A DNA stretch of 64,000 nt from Catajapyx aquilonaris (taxonomy: Eukaryota): contig KZ538287.1 in assembly GCA_000934665.2 (NCBI GenBank), forward strand, positions 1-64,000. The letters run 5' to 3'. The translations under genes were made by a program, and so were the position numbers. Below the pieces are notes generated by a model. The model saw only the letters and a program-made list of their open reading frames with translations, was not told the DNA's origin and ran no database searches. Positions 21,601-33,200 of this stretch are shown in pieces (within the stretch, counting starts at the first letter, position 1; each line of letters opens with the position of its first letter).

Positions 21601-22442
21601 TATATAAATTTAAACGATTTCGATGATATAACTGCTGATTTTATCGTTAGCATATCGGACACACTAAATTGCATTTAAAATAAATATTACGCCTAATTAC
21701 AGCCCCCCCCCCCATTAAAAATCGTGTGGGTAAACAACATAATGTCTGATTTCACAATCCACTTACACATTACATCGGTCGCTAACCAATTACACGTGCG
21801 TCGAATAATTCGTCGTCGGCTGACCAACTTCAAAAAGGGGGTACGGGTTGACACAGCATCGAATTGACCCGTCTGCCAATGTCAAACGCGAGATTTGGTG
21901 CCCAAATGGCATGTTTGCATGCGCCTCGGGCATGTTGAANGGGGGGGGGGATAGTTTGCACACAAAAATTTGTGATGTTTCATGATCTCATCGGTATACT
22001 TTATGCTGCAAAAATGGTTCATGAGATTAATGTGGCCCTAAAGGCACATTGTATTTACGTGGTATTAACACTAATTAAAAAGTGCGCGTCATTCCTGCAA
22101 ATCAATGGGTGCTTTAAATGCCTGAAATAGACATGATACTATGAATAGTTTTGCCCGATGGGAACACTGCAGTTCATTCATCACTATAATAAATAAGTAA
22201 GTAAATAAATTTATTTATAAAAAAGCCAATGGCAATGTGCAGTTCCGAGTTGCTCAATAGATGGCGTTTGAACCAGACAGATCAAGTATCCCCATCGGGC
22301 ACAAGTTATCCTGAAACTACTGCTATACAAAATTTGATAATAAAATTTTTTAATTAATAAATTGAACATACCGGCGGTCCAGGTTCTCCAGCCTCTCCCT
22401 TCTTCCCTCTCTTCCCTCGTTTTCCTCTGGGACCAGGCGGAC
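6284..22442 (-). CDS. MACIT transmembrane-type collagen (collagen XIII/XXIII/XXV, col-99 family); 5'-partial, 26 exons, ~645 aa visible
   Basis: Exons in transcript order: 22372-22442, 20623-20658, 18079-18114, 16183-16218, 15957-16028, 15679-15750, 15426-15479, 14954-15133, 14154-14207, 13369-13467, 12665-12770, 12396-12493, 10607-10822, 10447-10536, 10039-10083, 9686-9712, 9395-9430, 9230-9334, 9125-9169, 8592-8654, 8190-8216, 8043-8096, 7778-7804, 7355-7390, 6725-6862, 6284-6397. All GT-AG and in a continuous frame; mostly 27/36/45/54/63-nt phase-0 Gly-X-Y exons with short non-collagenous interruptions. Family signatures: C-terminal [18 protein letters not shown] and RGFPGFPGPIGLDG. The first visible exon starts in phase 1; the upstream exon was not found. 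Confidence 0.9.
6478..6510 (+). repeat. (GAT)n microsatellite, imperfect
   Basis: atgatgatggtgatgatgaagatgatgatg in the last collagen intron. Confidence 0.8.
6514..6598. mobile_element. Short pogo/Tigger-like (Tc1/mariner superfamily) MITE, same family as 29256-29324
   Basis: TA|CAGTAAAACCTGTCTACGTTGG... with a degenerate right end AACATGTTTTACTA. The first ~55 nt align to the reverse complement of 29256-29324. Confidence 0.6.
6597..6680 (+). repeat. (ATT)n microsatellite
   Basis: More than 20 ATT units, directly after the MITE. Confidence 0.95.
6941..7198 (-). mobile_element. Possible non-autonomous Helitron-like element
   Basis: Minus-strand 5' end TATTATAAAAGACAATGTTTGTTTGTTTGTC resembles invertebrate non-autonomous Helitron heads. 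The 3' end has a GC-rich hairpin (ACTCGTGGC..GCCCGAGT) followed by ATATAG. A similar head lies at 21487-21520. Confidence 0.35.
12185..12261. repeat. 77-nt intronic stem-loop (30-bp arms)
   Basis: TATGAAACCGTCAGCACTCTATCAAGGTGA vs TCACCTGGCTAGAGTGCTGATGGTTTCATA: 27/30 Watson-Crick pairs, 17-nt AT-rich loop. Confidence 0.85.
14352..14519. mobile_element. Tigger/pogo-like MITE with internal 15-bp repeats
   Basis: TIRs CAGGCCGGTCCCGACTTACG / CGTAAGTCGGGGCTGCCTG. TA on the right flank, CA on the left. Five copies of an ACTTACGTA-like core at ~15-bp period. Confidence 0.7.
15225..15257. repeat. Perfect 14-bp hairpin containing CAGATGGCG motifs
   Basis: ACAGATGGCGTGTA-gagct-TACACGCCATCTGT. Confidence 0.85.
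17240..17520. mobile_element. Foldback MITE (281 bp near-perfect palindrome), CACT...AGTG ends, TA target duplication; CACTA/EnSpm-like
   Basis: TA|CACTCTTAACCATTTACC...GGTAAATGGTTAAGAGTG|TA. Arms of ~135 bp differ only by small indels around a loop of ~7 nt. Many internal TTACC/GGTAA motifs. Confidence 0.85.
18256..18623. mobile_element. Degenerate PIF/Harbinger-like MITE with an internal 21-bp tandem repeat
   Basis: Ends GGGGTTCACACGGGCGTCGTT / AACGACAGTCCGTGTGAACGGG; preceded by TAA. About 3 copies of GGGRCAGTTTTTCAAYTATTT at 18403-18463. Confidence 0.45.
19064..19158. repeat. Small inverted-repeat element with CTGATTGG boxes; related fragments at 19270-19303 and 21031-21104
   Basis: TTTCGGACGCGTCC ... 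GGACGCGTCCGAAA (14-bp perfect IR) enclosing two CTGATTGG motifs. Confidence 0.6.
21136..21252. other. Assembly gap flanked by poly-C / poly-G
   Basis: N run; C15 on the left, G22 on the right. Confidence 0.99.
21487..21520 (-). mobile_element. Helitron-like 5' terminus fragment
   Basis: Minus strand TATATTATAAATGGCAAAGTTTGTTTGTTTGT resembles non-autonomous Helitron heads and the segment at 7170-7198. Confidence 0.35.
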
Positions 22443-25400
22443 CTATAAATAGAGACATAATTTTGTTTATTCACGTATTAACAATCGTTACAATAGGGAA
22501 GGGAGGAAAAACCTATAGTCATGTTCGACCATGATGATGAATCGCCGTCATTTTCATATGATGACTGACTTGAAAGGTTAAGTCCGCCTCTTTTCTATGC
22601 TAATTGGAGATGGATGGCCGGGACTCAAAGACTTTATTTTGACTCGCGCCTTTCACGTTTGCGTCCCCGTTTATATTGCCATTAATCACTCCGAAGACGA
22701 GGTGCCATTTTTTTCCCCTACAAACTGACTAGGAGGAACGTCCTAATTAACGTAATTATTCAAAGCGACTCATTCTAAATGAAACGAAAATTTCAAGGAA
22801 ATTCTGGAATAACCTGTACTGACAGCAATTCGGAAATTTTCGACGAAACGACTTATTTTTCGGCTGTCAGCCAACCCCATCAATTATGTAGTTTTTATTG
22901 GTATTATTTCCTGATGGAAGAAAATGACTAGACAGCCTGATCCGCCCAAGTCACTTTTCCTCCCAAGGGATCAAATTTTCTGTATCAAATTACACCATCG
23001 ATATTCTTTTGTTGGAATGGGTTGGGGGGGGGGGGGTCTGCATTCCAAGACGACTTTTTGGGTGAGTGTCCCATCCTTGGAAAATCCTATCTGAGATAAG
23101 GCTTTGGAGAGGGAAAATAGTCCTTAAGCCCTCATAATGGGAGGCTTATTAGTACCGCCGACATCAAAACTCCATTTTGAAACGACTGCCGCTAGGAATA
23201 ACAATTATGACGTGAAGCTGACAAGATGGCCCTTTATATATATTTTTTAACGATAGGAGGGGTGGGGGAGGCTTACATTAGGATGAATTGGTTGAGGGAA
23301 ATTATCGTGGGTCATAAAGGCTGCAAAGTGTGAGTGATGATGATCTACGCACAATTTCGGTGGCGAAAATTTGAAACAAGCAAATCATTAAAGGTGAAAA
23401 TGAGCAATTAAATGCTCCACCGTGATTGTCAGATTAAATACACATTAAAATTGACCATTTCAGAGTATGATATGTAAATTGATACGTCATCATAGCCTCA
23501 ATTTCATATCTTTTTTTAAAAAAAAAGTGCAAGTCAAATATCCCAAAGAATCCTAACAATAAATAATTCATTTCCAAACTTTTTTCCAGCTGCTTTTTGC
23601 TTGATACAAACCTCCCAACAAAAGAAGTCAATAAAATCCCCAAACTTTTATCTCCTAAAAGTAAGCGTGACGGAAGAGCGAGTGTATAATAATTTCATGA
23701 CCTTAGAGGAAACCTGAGCCTGGAGGGTTTTATCACAGTTTCAGAAGCAGAACCTTTTTTTTACCTCTTTTCTTCTCAAACCACCCCACTCAAACCACCT
23801 CTTCTCAAAAAAGGAATCGTACATTCCCTAAAGGCTCGTGCGAGGAGAATCGATGGACTGAATTTCTCAATCACCAGGGGGTCAAACGAAAGAGAACATA
23901 TGCTGGGATTGGAGATGGAAAACTGTGGCTTTTTGAAAATATTTCAAAATATCTGCATTGTACTGCATGCAATTCATTACATGACGGTAGCAGTCATAAA
24001 AACACAGTTGGGCTAATTTTTAACGAGCTCACGCTCGTAATTTGCGGTTTACATGACAGGCCGCGACATTATGTTAACTATTGTCACCAGTCAATGAGAG
24101 ACAACAAAATTAGTATTCCATTGGTTTGCAGCTACAATTGTCCACTCACAATTACTGTTCGGGGGCCGAATGCAAATGCAATTGTTTATGGTGGATGGTT
24201 AAAGTGTTGTAATGCAGTCAGCCATTTAATGTGAGGCTGTTAACTGGATTAAAATCGCATTATAAGTTTACTGCGAGGAAAGTGTGAAGTAAGTGTAGGA
24301 ACTATTCAAGAAAAAAAATGGATCCATAAGTATTTGCTATTCAGCTAACGCTTCTGATGAATCTCAAATAATCGCATCCAAAAAGTGTGAACAGAACTAA
24401 TAATTAAGCCCCAAATTTTTTGGGGGGACCAGCACCTGCTGGAGAATAATTAAGAGGCGCTATCTGTTAATGACATATGTAGAGGTGATGGAAAGCAGGG
24501 CAAGAGAAGTGAAGCGAGACGAGACGTGTCCATTTTTCAAATTCTGCCTCCTCTCTCGACATTTCTCTCATCAATCTTCCAGCGCACGTCTTCCCAAATT
24601 ATCCGTTTAGGATGTACGCACAATTTTCAATGGCGTGTCATGCCCTACCAAGCCAAATAGTGCGACATCAACTCGGGCAGATCAGAATAATTTGCAATTG
24701 ATATAAGCATCTACTGAATATTATTACAAGCCGACTGTCATGGCTACTCCTCCCGCACCATACTGTCTACAGCTTTGGGAGTGGTGTCAAAATTTTCCCA
24801 GTCTTTTTTATATTTGCAAACCACTTTTGTTTTTTGGAAACGTGCCGAGGGACTTTGTAAAACTCAAAAAACGCAACAAAACGCCCTTCCACGGAATTCC
24901 CATTTCAGCCGTTCCGGGCGCCACCTCCTGGGTGGACACTCGCTTACCTTTGGACGTTCGCATCCCAATTGATATTTTCGTAGTGTTTCGTGCCTGATGT
25001 TGCAGTCATGGGAGAGTATCACTAGAACCGCAAGATGGCAAAATTCACCCAAAAGTTTGCTACTGAAAGGTTAATTCTCAGAGGACACTGATAGTTAACA
25101 GTTTCGAAAAAGCATGTTAAATATTTGGCGGACTTTGCGCCTTTAACTCATACATCACAGATTTGGCACGAAAACAGGTTCATTTCGCAGAAAGTTGGCT
25201 CTTGCAAGGCTAATTTAGTACCAAAGGGTGTGGCCAGGCTGATTCAAGGTAAACTAACGTGTGATCCAACTAGAGGTGATTAATTCCGCCTCGCTAAATC
25301 ATCCTGTTGGCTCTTGTTATTTTTCGTACATTTCAAAGCCAAATGTATCGACTTTTTAAATGACTTTTCTGTGTGTTCGTATATGATGGGCCAAAACTTG

Positions 25401-26240
25401 TTTGTCAAAAATACTTGGAAAACCACACGTTTGATGTTACATTTTTCTTCAATACAAAAATCATACAACCCGCACACGTATTCGCATTTTTTTTCTTCTT
25501 CCCCCATCCTTTTGCCTGAAATGAGTCCTGTTATTCTGTATGGGATTCATCTCCTTGTTTCTTCTTCCTTCGAAAAACGAGGAAGGGCAAAAACGAAAAC
25601 CGAGCCCGAAATTCTTCAAAGCGGTTCAAATATCTTTGTGTTCCAGAAACGTGGTCTACATAAAAAAGTCAGGTAATGCAGCGAGGTATTGATTTTAATA
25701 ACTTTCCTTTCGCGAGTTGCAGTTTCTGACATGAATGTCTGAATAAAGCTCGATCATCAAAATCCATGTGCTTTTTTTTGTGTGAAAAATATTTTTAGAT
25801 CAAAGTACAGTGAAGTACCTTGCAATGAATGTGCGCGTGCAAAAACCTGACAGTACCAATATCTGTAAATCAATTAGGCCCCATTTTGGCACCCCCTCTC
25901 TCCAAATCGAAATGGTGGCTAAATCTGTTTGGCGCTAAATCAGCAGCCATTCCCCCCCACACCCGGAATGTGAAGCATTGGGAGGTACACCCCCCCCCCC
26001 CCCCATGACCGGACCACTCAACTGACGCAGTAGATAGTCCCCGGAGAGACCTGATTTTTCCCAACAGTGCAATCAAGCCCAACGTACCGACAAAAAGTAC
26101 ACACGGGTAGTTAGCACGTTTGCATTATGCAAGCGGTTTGTTCTAGGAGGGGGAAAAAAATAATGTCACGTAAGGTCACGTCCACTATAATATATTTTAG
26201 GCCCCGAAATAATTGCAAGATAATGAGGATAGTACTATTC

Positions 26241-26525
26241 CATTGTTGAATTAATTATAAATTATTGGAATTAATTAGACATTATTGGAAATAATTAGAC
26301 ATTATTGGAAATAATGAGATATAACTAGAAATTATTAGAAATAACTAGAAATTGTTGGAAATAACTAGAAATTGTTGGAAATAACTAGAAATAACTAGAA
26401 ATTATTGAAAACAAAAATTATTATTAGAAACAAATATTATTAGAAATGAGACATTATTAGAAAGTACACCTATAGAAAGTATTAGAAAATGACTAGAAAT
26501 GAGAAATTAGAAATTACTAGAAATT
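26241..26525 (+). repeat. AT-rich minisatellite, ~10/20-bp units (ATAACTAGAAATTGTTGGAA-like)
   Basis: Visible tandem copies of attattggaa/ataactagaa units that degenerate to the right. Confidence 0.85.
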
Positions 26526-26595
26526 TGTCGAAATGAAACATCAGAATTTACTATCAACATTATCCGAAAACAAAATTTAAAAAATAATTGTAATC

Positions 26596-26687
26596 ATTAG
26601 ATATTAAAATTCTAAATTGTTACAAATTATTAGATATTAAAATTATAAATTACTACAAATTATTAGAGATTAAACATTATAAATTGT
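26596..26687 (+). repeat. 33-bp tandem repeat, ~2.8 copies
   Basis: ATTAGATATTAAAATTCTAAATTGTTACAAATT repeated. Confidence 0.8.
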
Positions 26688-26747
26688 ATTTTTGTATCCC
26701 CCCATTTCTGCGAGTACCTGACCAGTCTCCAGATTTTTTAAATAATT

Positions 26748-26995
26748 GAAGGGGTCGGTGCAATACCGCCCTAACCCACCAAATGACACAAATTGAGTTA
26801 AGCACACTTCCATGTACTACACTCTGTATCTAATAAAATCCATTGAAATTGTGCAGTTTCTGCCATCGGTCACTGAGAAATCAAATGAAATAAGTCACAT
26901 GGTATATGGGATGTATATGGCCTCTCAAACTTTCAACTGCAGTTTTCTCAAAATCAGGTTTGGGAGGGTTAGGACAGTATTGCACCGACCCCTTC
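26748..26995. mobile_element. 248-bp MITE with ~30-bp TIRs and AATT flanks (possibly Sola-type)
   Basis: AATT|GAAGGGGTCGGTGCAATACCGCCCTAACCC ... GGGTTAGGACAGTATTGCACCGACCCCTTC|AATT, 28/30 matching. Confidence 0.8.
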
Positions 26996-29170
26996 AATTG
27001 ATCAAGTATGAGGGTAGCGAGGACCTCCCCAGTTTTTTGGAAAAAGCCGTGATGAATATGATGATAAATTGTTGCAAATTAAAAATTAGAAGTAAGTATT
27101 CTAATAGGCAGAGTTTGTTCTCTGCATGGGTATAAAATGGGTGTAATCTTTATATGATTGTATACTGTACACTGTGTACAGGGTATTCCTTACTACAGTA
27201 GTAGAATAAATTGAAGAATATTTTTGTGTTTAGATCAAGACTTCACATTGCTGGTCACTGCCTGCTGATCCCGCAGCCCCATTCAATTTCTGACCGTTTG
27301 GGTGGCCATTTTTGAGATAACCAACCGTGGCTAATCTGATGTCGGGAGTCTCCGTCACATCATCCAGGAATAAAAACCCCCGCCGCCCAGGAAATAGAGC
27401 CACCGCCACACGTAATGAGGAAGTCCAAAGGAGAGTGTCGGGAGAGATAGAGAGAGGTTGGTAGCAATGGAGGGTGGGCATGGAGGGGTTTTAATCAGGA
27501 AGTGCAACAACACCCTGCTTTGCTGCTGTTGGATTCGAGGGGTGTATAGTAGGAAGGGTACGGCGGAAAAAAGAGTCGCATTTTTTGGGGGATGAGGAAG
27601 AAGGGGGGGAAGGAACCAATCTTCAATTTGGGCTAAAAGCTCCAGATGGGCGCCATCTTGGCTTCTAGTTAAATCACATTGGATGAGAGATTAGGGGATC
27701 ACCTGAAGGAAGATGGACCTGGCTGATTGGGCTTATCGGTCATGGGCTTCGGGGTGCAAAAATGGCGTAAACTGGGGATGATTGGTCGTAAATTTTGGGA
27801 CTGATATTGTCTTGGAATAATAATCTGGGTTATGGGTGTTTTCATGCAGTTGTAAAGAGGTTGTTGGAAGCTAATAGCTGGTGTTAACCTATTTTGTTGC
27901 CAATGGCCTACTGTACCCCTCAAATTGGTGGTACAATAACAATAGTAACAATGTACCTTCTCGTTGTAGCAACACTAAAAATTAAATCATTAAATGGTAC
28001 AATTTTAAGCAGCTTCTGAATGCATGGGTGCAATTGATTTCTCGTTTTAAAGTTCACTGCAATATTGCAGCATGGATGTGCAGTACAACTTCAATGAAAC
28101 CGCGATCTGCTGCCCACAGGGTATAAATGCAATGTGGAATTCTACACCGCAGAACACCGCAAAACTGTAACGTGGTTAGACATTAATGCAATAATTGGTG
28201 GTGTACACCCTGGCATTTTGATGATTCCAAAGCTGTTACAGCACAGAACTGTTACATGAATCTAGGACAATTATAATGCACTCAACTGTCGTCCACAACA
28301 TGTGCCCAGTATTGCTTTCAGAGCAGCGTATCATAGAATACATGTTAATTTGGAAATTCTGTTCTGGCGGTTTGTGCAGATGGGTCAAACAGTGAAAGAA
28401 CTTGGACAATATTGTCATTTTAGTATGACCAAACAGTTCGTACAGTTCAATCATCCACAGATGCGAATGACCCGTCACCGAGTTATCCAATCGTCACTAC
28501 CTTGACATTGACACATTTGTAATAGATTGATAACCTCCCTTCCAGCTCTCCATTGGTCCCCTGTCGGTGACGGCCATGACGGTCATTGACCGTAGGATGA
28601 ATCCACCACATTTCCCCTCTTGGAAAGTTCGTCGTCGACAATCCTCCCCAACCCTCCCATTTGATCCTATTCCCCATCTCAAGTGGTGCCTCCCTTCCCG
28701 TGTTCCACGCCTGATTGGAAGAACCCCAGTCGCACACAAAAGGGGGGGAAAAACATCCACGGATTTGAGTCTTCCTCTCCTAAAAACCGGGCCTTCATAG
28801 GAAGGATGTTTCGAAAAACTGCTTTTCATTCAGACGACTGCCGAAATCTCATTCTCTCCCTTGGCTTGTGTCCTTATACAGGAGGACTGATTTTGTGCGG
28901 CTTTCAAACAGATTACTGGGGAAAGAGACGAAACCGTCGCAGATAAATCAGCGAGTCCACGTCGGTTATGTAAGAATGACAACAAAAAGGTGGTGCTCGA
29001 GAGAAGTTTGAAGGCAAAGAATGGGCCTCATCTGTCGGAGGGAGAGACGAAAACAGATTTTGAAAATTGAAGGGCTGAGAGTGAAATGTGCGACATAACT
29101 GTCCTATAGGTAGAGAACTTCATATATATATTTTTAAAAAATATGCAAATATTGAACACATTCATATATC

Positions 29171-29397
29171 CAATCTGCATGGGAACCTACTCTATTAAAT
29201 CCATCGTCATGTAGCCTAATATAATAATACAGTCCCGGTATATGCAACATTAATACAGTAAAACCTGTCTATGTTGGACATTTTAAATGGAACAGTCAGT
29301 GTCCAACATAGACAGGTTTTACTGTATTAATGTTGTATATTATAAACTGTAGGCTACATGACGATGGATTTAATAGAATAGGTTCCCATGCAGATTG
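29171..29397. mobile_element. ~230-bp palindrome with a 69-bp pogo/Tigger-like MITE (29256-29324) at its exact centre
   Basis: Inner perfect 25-bp TIRs CAGTAAAACCTGTCTATGTTGGACA with TA flanks. Outer arms CAATCTGCATGGGAACCTACTCTATTAAATCCATCGTCATGTAGCCTA and its complement (1 mismatch), plus ATATGCAACATTAATA and its complement (1 mismatch). Confidence 0.85.
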
Positions 29398-30101
29398 TAT
29401 ATTTTTTCCCCCTACAATTTCTGTGGAATATCCGTTCCGAAAATTAAGGCCGGTTCTTTCGTGACAGGTCGGTTTCGAAGTTACATGACGTTCGGTACGG
29501 TTTTGTCACATTAAAAATTCACTGACAAACGCATTTTAACTACCCTTGTGACACTGGCCCTCCGCAGAAGTGCTGAAATTTTCAATGGCTACATCTACAG
29601 CCCTTGAGAATCCGGACGTTTTTACATGTGTAAAGAAGACATCACTCATCATGTTCCGGATTCAATATTATACCCCCAGATTTAATTTTGTGCGTGTCGC
29701 CAATTTCGATTGACTTAATTTGGACTTTGTGGGGGATGCCAAGTCAGTAAAATCCAGTGGTTCGGTAAGGAAGACTTGTGAAAGCCAAACGAGTGGGGGT
29801 CCCCACAAAAAGGCGGGGGTAAAGAAGAAGAAGAAAAAAAAGAGAGAGACGGACGTTTGGTATGCAATGAACGTGAGACGATGGGTAGAACCCTAAATCC
29901 TAGGGCTTACACAAAACAAGGTCCTAGGCGCCGAAAATGAAGCATACAACTAGGAAAGTTGCAGCTGCTGAGGTCCACAACTGGAGTGTCCAAATCACGC
30001 TTAATGTGTGAATATCAAGGCTTGTAGAGAAGGTAAACACAAATTTAATATTTAATATCACCAGCATGCAAGTGAAACATAATTCTACCCCCCCCCCCCC
30101 C

Positions 30102-30260
30102 NNNNNNNNNNNNNNNNNNNNNNNNNNNNNNNNNNNNNNNNNNNNNNNNNNNNNNNNNNNNNNNNNNNNNNNNNNNNNNNNNNNNNNNNNNNNNNNNNNN
30201 NNNNNNNNNNNNNNNNNNNNNNNNNNNNNNNNNNNNNNNNNNNNNNNNNNNNNNNNNNNN
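30102..30260. other. Assembly gap flanked by poly-C / poly-G
   Basis: N run; C-run on the left, G-run on the right. Confidence 0.99.
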
Positions 30261-33200
30261 GGGGGGGGGGGGGGGGGTGAAGATGGAAGCCTAATGGGTC
30301 AAGTGTGGCCGACTTTTACCAATCCAAGGTCTAGCTCACGCCCAACTTAGTAAAAAAAAAAGCATCAAACACATAGCACTTTTACGCCATGTATAAATAT
30401 AGCAATGCAATACAATGTCTCCAAGCAGAAGACACTAAAAAAAATTAGTCAATCACTCTAGTGTCAGATAACTCTCTTCGTCAGTGTCATCTCGGCTGTC
30501 AAACGGTCCTTTGCGCATTTAAAAAAAAATCTAGAGAGGAAAAATAAGTCACGGGGCCTTCTTCTTCAGCTGGGTAGGGTGTCAAAATAGCTGGATGGCC
30601 CCCGAAAGAAGAATGATGATGGTGTCTGGAAGCTCCTCTCCAGAAATGGAGTTGCTTTTTGAATCAAGCCAACTTTGCTTTCCCCTCGAGACTAGCTTTG
30701 CACCATTGCACGTCACGCCTCATTCTTGTCTTCGAAGACTATTGGCGAAATTCTTTCCTTTTTCGGCTACAAAAATTTCGGCGAGAGAAGATTTTTTTTG
30801 GTATAAAAGGTATGCCATTTGGAACTGATCCGTTCGGATATACTGTCGCTGAGGGCTAAAATTCGGTTGACGAGATTTTGATCCTATGTAATGCAATACT
30901 GTCGTTATTACCAGTTTCTGAAACCAGCACAATTTTTTCTCATACAAAATTGTACGTTTATAGTACTGCACTTGAATTACTTTATTAACTGAAAACCACA
31001 AAAGCAGCGAATTTGGACAATGAATGTGGCACCTTGGGTGGCGAAGTAAATGGCCAATTTGCAGCGTTTCCAGCCAGCCACAAACAAAGTGGTGGATGTT
31101 CTCGAAAAAAACACACACATTTCGGTCCCCACAAAACAAACTGAGACCACTTTGTACTCCCCGGTTTTATCTGGAGGCAAACACCGGATGACCCGCTTGT
31201 TGACTGAGCAAAAAGCCGGGAAGCAATTTAGTACTTGCGATTCCCGGTATTGGCGATTAGCCCAACTTGGGCCAGGGGGTTCTGCTTGGCCCACAGGGTC
31301 TATCCGATGCTGAATGGGCAAGGGATTGCTTGTTGACACCTCGAGTGGCCATAGTTGACTCTGGTACTTCAATAAAAAATCAGCACTAAATGAGGTGAAA
31401 TAATTTTTTTAAACGGATGATTCTAACCTGAGACATGACAAATAAAATAAACCTGTAAGAAATAATTTCCATCTTACATTTCAATTTATTAGTATCGTTA
31501 TCATTATTCATTATTATATTGTATTTTATTCCTTACTTATTGGCCTTACTTATTATAGGTTGTTAATTACTTGTTCATTCGCAATATTAGCCATTAATAT
31601 TTATTTATTTGTCTTTGGAATCGCTACTTATTTATTAAATATTATTCATTGTATTTGAAACAGTTCATTTTATTACACAATTTATTATCGTGCTTATTTT
31701 TATCACTACGTTTTAATATGACTGTATATATATTAAATACATTTTAATTAATTTCATTACAATAGCAGTGTTTTACGTAGCTCATAGAGAAGGTTCCATA
31801 TAAGAAAATAGTAATTAGGTAATTAAATATGTACAAATTAATAGGCATTCTGACATGGATGAGAGAACTAATTCACATCATTTACTTCTAAATATTTTAC
31901 TTGCGATTTGTCTGAAATAATTTACTGGACTAATAACTTACCAATGCGGACAGGTGGCAGCAACACCTGACCGCCATCTAGGGGCAACGCAATATTTTGA
32001 CATTTCCCTACCCCTATATTACACCTTATTGCTTTATTTGCGTCCCGTAATTTAAGCAAGTGGCGACAGTGAGGACACGGGCACCTAATTAATTACACTC
32101 ACTAATTACGTTCCTCCTGACAGCTGGGCCCTCGCCACTTGGACTGTCAGCCTCCCACGTCGATGCCCCATCTGACAAATGACATGTCCCTTTACCTCCC
32201 TTTCTTTACTACAGCAAAACCACCAAACTTTCTGTATACACCTCCAGAATTTTTGCGAGGGTTAACAAAATAACTAATAAAACTTTGCCAGCAAAGCATT
32301 GGGCGGACACCCCTTTTTACTTAGTGCTTGGTATGCCGACGGAGATTCCTCACGCCCCTTCTTTCTAACGCCTCGTAACCACGTCTTTATCCCCCCTAGA
32401 GCTAAAACCGACCTGACTTCAACGCTTCGTTTGCCATTTTTTCCCCCCCTCTTTTAGTCTTCCAATAGTTGCGAGTATAGGGTTGCCAAAAAAAAAACAT
32501 CGATCGACTATACATACTTTTTATCCTAGTTCTCAGAATATATAGGAAATAGTTAATTGGAAAGTGAAATGTGTATTCGCAACAAATCGTCTAGATCAAT
32601 TTGTACAGTACATGTACTTGAATATGAACAAGCATTGCGCCAAAAAAAACGATGAGAAAGAAGCAACAGTCCTCACTAAGGTATTCACAAAGCAGCACCG
32701 TTTGCATTTGAAGTTTCCGGGGTTTTTCATGCATGTGTACATTTTTAAATAGGGAGATAGAGCTAGGGCCGAGAGCGTGGGGCTAATAAATTCCTTTGGC
32801 TGTAATTTAACTCGGCTTGAGTAATTAAACGTCAGGCTGGAAGAAATCTTGCGTCTGCAGTTGTGAATTCCGAATGCCTGGGGGGGTCTTAACTTTAAAT
32901 TCGCGATGTGAAACTCGTCTCACGACAATGGTACGGTAGCCGCTAGCAACTTGGTATGAAAATTATCTTCAAATATTATTCATTTTTTTTCTCTCTCCAA
33001 CCAAAATCGGAAGGTTATCTAGTGTCCTTCAGGGTCCAATTAACCCTGATAATCCAGACGACTCTTGGAAACCACGTCTTTTCTCCCCCCCTCTCAGCAA
33101 ACCCTGGAGACCTACGGATTACAGGAGAAGTGGAGAAACAGTAATTAGCATTCCCCGACGCCAGCCAAAAGCTTTTGGTTTTTGGCCGACGCCAAACGAC

